Source: Candidatus Brocadiales bacterium (GTDB taxonomy: Bacteria; Planctomycetota; Brocadiia; Brocadiales; Bathyanammoxibiaceae). Taken from it: a DNA stretch of 64,000 nucleotides. Each line of letters begins with the position of its first letter. Position 1 is the stretch's first letter. The position numbers were made by a program, and so were the translations under genes. The notes below the pieces were generated by a model, which saw only the letters and a program-made list of their open reading frames with translations, was not told the DNA's origin and made no database searches. Below, piece by piece: positions 52,033 through 59,113 of this stretch. The DNA is taken from assembly GCA_046758865.1 (NCBI GenBank), contig JBHIBD010000001.1, positions 7,443 to 71,442 on the forward strand, read 5' to 3'.

Positions 52033-53107
52033 ATACATAATGAATGGTCACAAGCTCTATTGGCACCTGGATAGAGTAATGGACTGGTTAAATGGGGAAA
52101 GGGTGGCGCCCATACATATTGATGTTGGTCTAAGTAAAGGATGCAATATCAGGTGCCAGTATTGCTTTGGTGTTATACAAGGCAACTTTTATAGAAAAGG
52201 TTCAGAGGTTTACTTCCCCCGCAAACCTTTATTGAGATATTTGAAAGAGGCAGGAAAAATAGGGGTGCGGTCTATGGCATTCGTTGGGGAGGCGGAACCA
52301 CTCTTGAATCCCTATGTCTATGAGGCAATCGCAGAAGGCAAGAGGGCTGGTGTTGATATTGCACTGGGGACGAACGGGATATTATTTGACACCGGAAAGA
52401 GGGGAGAAGAGGCGTTAGAACTTCTAAGCTGGATAAGGTTTAATATCAGTGCGGCTTCGGATGAGGCCTACAGAAGAATTCATGCCAGTAAGGAGTTCTC
52501 AACGGTTGTTGAGAAGATAAAGTTTTGCGTGGATTTGAAACGTCGAAAGGGCCTGAATGCCACAATCGGCCTCCAAATGGTTCTAACTCCAGCTAATGTT
52601 GACCAGGCCGTCCCCCTGGCCAAACTGGGAAGACAGCTGGGGGTAGACTACTGTGTTATAAAACAGTGCAGTGATACGGTTGAGAATGCTCTTGGGATAT
52701 ACGGTAGACTTCAGGAATACGACAATTTTGCAGACGTTCTCCAAGAGGCTGAAGGTATAAGCTCGAATGGTTACAACGTAATAGTAAAATGGGGAAAGAT
52801 TACAAACAAAGGAGAGAGGAGTTACGACCAGTGTATCGGTGTCCCGCTTCTGTTATATTCAAGCGGCGATGGAAGGTTGTACCCGTGTGGAGCATTTTTC
52901 GACTTCAAAGAGGAAGAATATAGAATGGGGGACCTTGTAAAACAATCTTTTAAAGAAATCTTTGAGAGTGACAGATACTGGGAGGTTGTGGAAAAGGTCA
53001 AGAGAATAGATGTTCACAAAGAGTGCTATTCAAACTGCAGGACGCATTGTATAAACAAATTTCTCTGGCAATTGACTCATCCACCGGAACACGTCAATTT
53101 TGTTTAG
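52022..53107 (+). CDS. radical SAM enzyme (non-B12), paralog 2 (361 aa)
   Basis: SKGCNIRCQYC (CX3CX2C), FVGEAEPLL, and the tail WQLTHPPEHVNFV. The N-terminus GHKLYWHLDRVMDWLNG parallels SHKLIYHVGRVNDWLAG of paralog 1. Confidence 0.85.
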   Translation: MPDKYIMNGHKLYWHLDRVMDWLNGERVAPIHIDVGLSKGCNIRCQYCFGVIQGNFYRKGSEVYFPRKPLLRYLKEAGKIGVRSMAFVGEAEPLLNPYVYEAIAEGKRAGVDIALGTNGILFDTGKRGEEALELLSWIRFNISAASDEAYRRIHASKEFSTVVEKIKFCVDLKRRKGLNATIGLQMVLTPANVDQAVPLAKLGRQLGVDYCVIKQCSDTVENALGIYGRLQEYDNFADVLQEAEGISSNGYNVIVKWGKITNKGERSYDQCIGVPLLLYSSGDGRLYPCGAFFDFKEEEYRMGDLVKQSFKEIFESDRYWEVVEKVKRIDVHKECYSNCRTHCINKFLWQLTHPPEHVNFV

Positions 53108-53112
53108 GCAAA

Positions 53113-53895
53113 ATGCAACCAACGGATAATAACAAAATCGATCTAACGGTTGTAATGCCAGCACTTAACGAGGGGGAAAATATCCTGGCTGCTGTTAACA
53201 ATACCTTGAGGGCCTTTGAAGATTTTAGCATTAATGGCGAGATTATTGTGATTAATGATGGGAGTACCGATGGGACAGAGGATGTAGTAAAGGATATAAT
53301 AAAAAAAGATAACCGTGTCAGGTTAATCAGGCATGACACCCCTAAAGGCATAGGCACATCGTTTTGGAATGGGGTCGATGCCGCGGATGGAGATATAGTG
53401 ACCTGGATCCCCGGCGATAATGAAAACGACCCGTGGGAAATTTTCCGTTATTACAAGTTACTCGAACAGGTAGATGTTGTTGTCCCCTTTGTCTATAATA
53501 GAGAAGTACGGCCACTCTTCAGGAATGCACTCTCATTTGTTTACCGCTTCATTGTCAACACCACCTTCTTGGTAAATTTTAATTATACAAACGGAACAGT
53601 CCTCTACCGTAGATCCATCTTAAAAGAACTGGATTATAGGAGTGAGGGCTTCTTCTTTCAAACCGACATTTTGATAAGAACCGTAAAAAAGGGCTATCTC
53701 TTTGCTGAAGTCCCCTATAGGCTTGGCTTGAGAAAAGAAGGGGTGTCTAATGCGGTATCCTTTCCTTCCCTGTTGCAAGTTATAAAGGGCTACCTGCGCC
53801 TAATGAAAGATCAGTATTTTGACAAAGACAGAGAGAGTAAACCGCATTTTTCGGATGATTCCTTAACAACAACCAGACGGCAAATTAAGCAATGA
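53113..53895 (+). CDS. GT2 polyprenol-phosphate sugar synthase-like transferase (Dpm1/GtrB/ArnC-like), start moved to the internal ATG
   Basis: LTVVMPALNEGENI, VINDGSTDGT and IPGDNENDP. The ATG at 53113 lies just after the stop of the upstream gene. Confidence 0.8.
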   Translation: MQPTDNNKIDLTVVMPALNEGENILAAVNNTLRAFEDFSINGEIIVINDGSTDGTEDVVKDIIKKDNRVRLIRHDTPKGIGTSFWNGVDAADGDIVTWIPGDNENDPWEIFRYYKLLEQVDVVVPFVYNREVRPLFRNALSFVYRFIVNTTFLVNFNYTNGTVLYRRSILKELDYRSEGFFFQTDILIRTVKKGYLFAEVPYRLGLRKEGVSNAVSFPSLLQVIKGYLRLMKDQYFDKDRESKPHFSDDSLTTTRRQIKQ

Positions 53896-53923
53896 CAGAG
53901 ATCATAATTGCAAAAAGAGTTAC

Positions 53924-54451
53924 TTGGTCATGAGGGTTCTATTTTGGGGCTCAGCCATTTTTTGCGCATCTTTCTTTTTACATCTGGTTATCTGGAAAGT
54001 ACGTCTGCCCAAAAGACAGTCAAAGGCTCTGTTCCAAATCTTTTTTGGAGTCTTAGTTGCAAGTATTTCTATTCTATGGGGCACATCGGCATTTCTTGCG
54101 AACCGTGAGTCTTCTGCTCCGGGAAGTCATTTAGAATACCTGCACATTTGCCTGTTTTTTACTTCACTTACACTAGCTTACATACTTACTTACGTTGCCG
54201 TTGAGGTGGACAGCCCTTCCCTCGTAATGGTAATGAGCATTGCCATGGCCGGTTCAGAAGGGTTAGATGAGAAACGATTCAACCAGAGAATGACTGACGA
54301 CCTGTTGATAAAACCAAGAATAAGAGACCTCGTTCATGATGAGCTAATCTATATGGAAGGAAACAAATATAAGCTAACTTCAAAAGGATTTCTGGTTGTA
54401 CGCATATTTAGCTTATATCGTAGATTGCTAAATGCAGAAATTGGTGGTTGA
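53924..54451 (+). CDS. small membrane protein (about 3-4 TM) with winged-helix-like C-terminal domain, paralog 1
   Basis: Hydrophobic N-terminal half, then C-terminal LIKPRIRDLVHDELIYMEGNKYKLTSKGFLVV. Confidence 0.6.
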   Translation: MVMRVLFWGSAIFCASFFLHLVIWKVRLPKRQSKALFQIFFGVLVASISILWGTSAFLANRESSAPGSHLEYLHICLFFTSLTLAYILTYVAVEVDSPSLVMVMSIAMAGSEGLDEKRFNQRMTDDLLIKPRIRDLVHDELIYMEGNKYKLTSKGFLVVRIFSLYRRLLNAEIGG

Positions 54452-54986
54452 GTTTCTTATGCCTTATAGCCTTTTGCATGTTCTAAACCCAATTTTAGGT
54501 CTAATTATTAATGTACTGATGCAGGTTGTCAGTTTCAGGTATATTCCCAGGTTGGGATTATTAAAGTCGATAATTTTAGGTTTTGCTACGGGTCTTACTG
54601 TCGTTTTGACACTTGAACTGTGTGTTTTCTCCACGCAGTCAACATCTACAGATGATTTTGTGCCTATTTTTATTGTCAACTTTATAATGTATTCTTCACT
54701 GGGATATTGTTATTTTCATTTCGCAAATCTTGGGGAGACAGCCCGCCGCATCAGGATATTGAGAGAATTATATGATTCAAAAGAGGGATTATCAATGCAG
54801 GAAATTCTGCAAAGATATAACGCCAGAAAAATTGTTGAAGTAAGAATAAATAGGCTTATTAACAACGGACAAATTATATACAAAAGTGGCAGATATTATA
54901 TTGGAAACCCCGTCATGCTGATAATAGCGAAGATTGTAGTAATGATGAAGCTAATCATTCTTGGGAAAAGAAGCGAATTTGATTGA
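54432..54986 (+). CDS. small membrane protein (about 3 TM) with winged-helix-like C-terminal domain, paralog 2
   Basis: RRIRILRELYDSKEGLSMQEILQRYNARKIVEVRINRLINNGQIIYKSGRYYIG. An alternative start is MPYSLL at 54459. Confidence 0.6.
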   Translation: MQKLVVEFLMPYSLLHVLNPILGLIINVLMQVVSFRYIPRLGLLKSIILGFATGLTVVLTLELCVFSTQSTSTDDFVPIFIVNFIMYSSLGYCYFHFANLGETARRIRILRELYDSKEGLSMQEILQRYNARKIVEVRINRLINNGQIIYKSGRYYIGNPVMLIIAKIVVMMKLIILGKRSEFD

Positions 54987-55017
54987 CACTGCACCATGAG
55001 TAATATTCTAAAAGACG

Positions 55018-55281
55018 GTGTACTATAAATCGCTCCTTGACGATGGTATGTTTAAGAAGGATTACTGGGCAGAGTTTATCAAGAAGCCCACAAAAGATTT
55101 TGAGTTACCTCTCCCGAGAAGCAAGGAGTTACAACTGGTAGATTCTTATCATCGTGTCTTCTTCTTGAACCCCACGTTCATATTACGAGAGCTACGTGGG
55201 TCTATTCTTACATGGAAAATGTTTTTTATCGCTTTTTTCACTGAAAGAACTATTGATAAAATCTTTGCTTCGAGGCCTTAG
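55018..55281 (+). pseudogene. C-terminal remnant of a B12-binding radical SAM gene
   Basis: GMFKKDYWAEFIKKPTKDFELPLP...SYHRVFFLNPTFILRELRG matches the usual tail of this family (compare TTFYLNPIFYRKEVLRRIR in 17459..18916). There is no catalytic core, and the ORF begins right after the upstream gene's stop. Confidence 0.6.
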
Positions 55282-55298
55282 GAAGGATGTAAAAAGAA

Positions 55299-56813
55299 AT
55301 GTATGATTTACTCCTAATCTCTCCACGAAACACACAGCTCGGACGTTTTAAGAGGTTTGTGCCGAGAAGTGTGCCTATTGGAATAGGCATCTTGGCCGGG
55401 TTTCTTAGAGGGAAGGGTATTTCCGCCAAGATACTTGACCAGGAGTTGACAGATATAAGTACGGAAACATTGCGGAGCTGCCTAGCGCAATGCAAAAAAC
55501 CTTGGATCGTTGGCATTAGCGTCATGACAGCGAATGTTGCCAGTGGATATCACATAGCTAAATTGGTGAAGTCTGTTAGTAAAGAAGCAGTTGTCGTATT
55601 CGGGGGCATTCACGCCACAGTAATGCCAGATGAGATTCTTCTGTCGGGTTGCGTTGACTTTGTTGTTCAAGGGGAGGCGGAATATACACTTTTGGAACTA
55701 ATCCGTCAGATTAAGGGTGGTAGAATTCAACGAGATACGCTTGAAAACATCAGTTACGTGGAAGACGGACAAATCATTTACACAAAGCCCTCAACAAAGA
55801 CGGTAGATGTAAATGAGGTTCCCATGTTTCCTTATGACATGTTTGACCCATCAAAATATAACCTTGGTTTCATCCTGACATCCAGGGGATGCCCGTTTGA
55901 TTGTATCTTTTGCAGTCAGAAGGCCATTACGAAGAGGGTTTATAGGTACGTTTCGTCAGAAAGAGTAGTCGAAGAGCTTGATTACATAATAAATGAGATG
56001 CACCAACCAAACATTACCTTTTTTGATGATTATTTTACCGGGAATAAAAAAAGGGTATTTGAGCTGTGCAACATGATTCAAGAAAGAGGGCTGCACAAAA
56101 AGGCCTCTTTTGGAGTCCAAACCCGTGGCGATAGCATTGACAAGGAACTTATGATAGCTATGAAAGCGGCTAACTTTGACAGTCTGATGTTCGGTGTCGA
56201 AACTGCTTCGGAAGATTTGATGAAGTTAATTAATAAGAATGAAACTGTCCAGGAAAATATCGATGCAATAAGATTAGCCAAGGAGATTGGTTTTACAGTA
56301 GAAGCTACATTCATCTACGGGTTTCCGACCGAGACCTTCAAGGACAGACTTGCAGCCCTCTCTCTTGCAGTGAGTATTGGGATAGACAGGGCCAGGTTTA
56401 ATAATGCCACACCGTACCCTGGCACACAAATGTATAAAATGGTTAGGGACAAGATTAATTTCGCACCTCAGTGGGTGAACTTTAGCTCTGCCGGTGCAGT
56501 TACAGCAGGTATTAGGAAGAAATACCCTCTTCCATATATTCCGGAAGGCTGCACAGAGAATGAACTTGAAGGAAGTGTTCTTTTGGCAAATCTTTTGTTT
56601 TATCTAAATCTCGTCAACTTAAAAAAACTTTTCAACCCCGGACAGAGAGGCAGTGGTAAATGGTTTGAAGTATCTAAGAATGACCTTCTATCACCAAGCG
56701 CGCTATTTGGACTATTGATACTGGGGGGAACAGTTTTATTAAGAACTCTTTATTATCTACTTTCGTGCGGCAATTGCCGCAGATTTTTCCTCAAGGGTCT
56801 CAGGGTAACGTAA
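55299..56813 (+). CDS. B12-binding-domain radical SAM enzyme
   Basis: TSRGCPFDCIFCSQ (CX3CX2C) after a B12-binding-like N-domain (LLLISPRN...PIGIGILAGFL). Confidence 0.85.
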   Translation: MYDLLLISPRNTQLGRFKRFVPRSVPIGIGILAGFLRGKGISAKILDQELTDISTETLRSCLAQCKKPWIVGISVMTANVASGYHIAKLVKSVSKEAVVVFGGIHATVMPDEILLSGCVDFVVQGEAEYTLLELIRQIKGGRIQRDTLENISYVEDGQIIYTKPSTKTVDVNEVPMFPYDMFDPSKYNLGFILTSRGCPFDCIFCSQKAITKRVYRYVSSERVVEELDYIINEMHQPNITFFDDYFTGNKKRVFELCNMIQERGLHKKASFGVQTRGDSIDKELMIAMKAANFDSLMFGVETASEDLMKLINKNETVQENIDAIRLAKEIGFTVEATFIYGFPTETFKDRLAALSLAVSIGIDRARFNNATPYPGTQMYKMVRDKINFAPQWVNFSSAGAVTAGIRKKYPLPYIPEGCTENELEGSVLLANLLFYLNLVNLKKLFNPGQRGSGKWFEVSKNDLLSPSALFGLLILGGTVLLRTLYYLLSCGNCRRFFLKGLRVT

Positions 56814-56846
56814 GACCTCTCATAGAAATCCGATGCGAGGTTTTGT

Positions 56847-58244
56847 TTGACTTCTAACATGGACGCAAGTGGGTTCGGTAAGAGTAGCCTTATCCTGACT
56901 GCTGTGCTGGTGGCGGCATTTACTCTAAGAGTACTTGTTGGACTTAGTCTTTACTCGGGTAATATGCCATTGTTCAAAGACTTTCAGGGCAGTTTTTGGG
57001 ATAGCGGGTATACCGCTTACGGTGTGCTAGCCATAAACGTTGTCGAAGGCAGGGGATTTCGTTTGCAGCACGGAGGTAAAAATGGCGTTTATTTCATGGG
57101 AGAGACGAGGGCTGAACGGATGCCCTTATATCCCTTATTCCTGTCAGTGTTATATGTTGGATTCGGTAAGAGCACCACGGCTCCAGTACTCGCTCAATCC
57201 ATTATAGGAACATTGACCGTTTTAATTACCTTTTTGATAGGACGGCAGCTTTTCAATGAGAAGGTAGGAATAGCAGCCTCTTCGTTGACAGCAATTTATC
57301 CCTATTATGTTGTCCATGACACAGCCCTCCAAGAAACGAGCCTTCTCACGTTGCTGACAGGTGTCAGCGTTCTATGCCTTATAAAATGTATCCGGTACAA
57401 TTCATTGCGCTACTATGTCCTAGCTGGCGTTTCCCTGGGAATTGGATCCCTCTGCAAAAATATTCTACTAGGTTTTGTACCTTTTGCAGTCTTTTGGATT
57501 CTCTTAAATCCCATAAAAGACAAGACTAGAAAGATTTCAATCCTGTTACTCAGTTTTGCCATAGTAATGTCTCCATGGGTAATTCGCAACACACTTGTTC
57601 TCGGTAAACCTATTATTGGTACCACCCAGACCGGCGGTGTTTTGTGGCAGGGGAACAATCCCTTCGTTTTATCTTACTACCCGTGGAAAAGTATCGATAA
57701 CAGTACAGGGAAGGCATTGGAGGCCCTCACAACAAAAGATAAAAAAGAGTTGCTTGGCCTGGATGAGTTAGGAAAACAGCGCTGGTACAGGCAAAAGGCG
57801 GTTAAGTTTATGAGAGAAAACCCAGTGCTTACCATAAAGGCTGCGTTTATCAAGGCCTTTGCCGGCATGGGTTGGATTCTTTCACCACAAAAAGATAGGC
57901 CAATTTTAAACTTTATCTACACAGCATCTTATCTCCCTTTGCTTATATTTGGAATTGCTGGTGCCATCCTTACCAGGAAGACCTGGAGAGAGATTTCCAT
58001 CATCTATTTTTTATTTGTTCCTTTTCTGCTGATAACGATGCTCTTCTTTGCTCATACCTCAAGCCGGGTGTATTTAGACATATACCTTATGGTTTTAGCT
58101 GCTTTCACGTTGGTGAAGGTTGGAGAATGGCTGTGGCTTAACTTGACTCAGACACCGTTACGGGCAAGTACGAAAACCGCCCCCCCAGCTCAAAACACGA
58201 ATTTTACTACAAAAAGAATTTTATCGCAAGAGAATAATTTATGA
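56847..58244 (+). CDS. GT-C fold polytopic glycosyltransferase (ArnT/PMT_2-like)
   Basis: 465 aa with more than 10 TM segments, TTG start and a loop-rich N-terminal third as in family-39/83 enzymes. Assignment is by architecture and context. Confidence 0.6.
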   Translation: MTSNMDASGFGKSSLILTAVLVAAFTLRVLVGLSLYSGNMPLFKDFQGSFWDSGYTAYGVLAINVVEGRGFRLQHGGKNGVYFMGETRAERMPLYPLFLSVLYVGFGKSTTAPVLAQSIIGTLTVLITFLIGRQLFNEKVGIAASSLTAIYPYYVVHDTALQETSLLTLLTGVSVLCLIKCIRYNSLRYYVLAGVSLGIGSLCKNILLGFVPFAVFWILLNPIKDKTRKISILLLSFAIVMSPWVIRNTLVLGKPIIGTTQTGGVLWQGNNPFVLSYYPWKSIDNSTGKALEALTTKDKKELLGLDELGKQRWYRQKAVKFMRENPVLTIKAAFIKAFAGMGWILSPQKDRPILNFIYTASYLPLLIFGIAGAILTRKTWREISIIYFLFVPFLLITMLFFAHTSSRVYLDIYLMVLAAFTLVKVGEWLWLNLTQTPLRASTKTAPPAQNTNFTTKRILSQENNL

Positions 58245-58282
58245 CAATTTAAAAATATTTTTACTTACAGAAGAAAAAAGTG

Positions 58283-58311
58283 TTGACAAGTTTAGAGAAA
58301 TAACGTACATT
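58283..58311 (+). promoter_or_regulatory. candidate sigma70-like promoter for paralog B
   Basis: TTGACA 58283..58288, 17-nt spacer, TACATT 58306..58311. About 50 nt upstream of the GTG at 58364, which has a GAGG SD. Confidence 0.4.
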
Positions 58312-58363
58312 GCTTTCTTGTTTGGAAGAATTTCCATATAGTTAGACTTGTAGAGGTACTTAA

Positions 58364-58855
58364 GTGCTGATAAAGTCAAGGCTTGTGACCTTCCTTCCTG
58401 TGTTCCTCTCTTTGGTGTTTCCCATTGCAGGCCATATGGGGGCAGTGCTGGCCCAGACACTAGGGGACATTTCTGGAACCGTGGTTGGTGTTGACGGCAG
58501 GCCTCTAATGGGGGTGGAAGCGAGACTTGTGGACATTAATACGGGAAACGCGGTAGCCTCCATAAAAACTGCCAAAGATGGTTCGTTTAGTTTTAGTGGG
58601 CTAAAGGCAGGAAATACATACAAGGTACAGGCCTTGCACGGTAAGGATGTGGATAGTGCCCTAGTAACCGTTTCATCTGGCCCCTCAAAACCTGTTGCCT
58701 TGAAGCTTAGCCAGACCAAAGGTTTCATGGCCTTGGCCGGTGCTGGTGGGGGCTTTCCCGTTTGGGGCTATGTCCTAATAGGTTTGGCCGTAGCTGGAGC
58801 AGCAGCAGGTGCCGCCGCCGCTTCTGGTCTGGTGGCGGGGGGGGCCTTGGGCTAG
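58364..58855 (+). CDS. CarboxypepD_reg-like protein with signal peptide and Gly/Ala-rich C-terminal TM segment (paralog B, 163 aa)
   Basis: GDISGTVVGVDGRPLMGVEARLVD...AKDGSFSFSGLKAGNTYKVQA. C-terminus VWGYVLIGLAVAGAAAGAAAASGLVAGGALG. Collinear with 36582..37073. Confidence 0.75.
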   Translation: MLIKSRLVTFLPVFLSLVFPIAGHMGAVLAQTLGDISGTVVGVDGRPLMGVEARLVDINTGNAVASIKTAKDGSFSFSGLKAGNTYKVQALHGKDVDSALVTVSSGPSKPVALKLSQTKGFMALAGAGGGFPVWGYVLIGLAVAGAAAGAAAASGLVAGGALG

Positions 58856-59113
58856 CTTATCCTTTGAGCCCATAGCATTCTCCTACGACAGTTCTGGATG
58901 GTCAGGCTTTGACGAGATTTATTTTGTCCGTTTTATCAGTAACATTATCCCTTTTGCAGAGTGAGACTGCCAATTCAGGTGCCTTTAAGGCTGAAACTTT
59001 CACTACAAAACTGTCGGGGAATTGGGACAGTAGTCCTCAGGAAAACAGATTTTCAGCATCTGGCAATTTAGATGAGTAATTCTTTCCTATCTACTTCCAA
59101 TGGAGGGTTTTTT

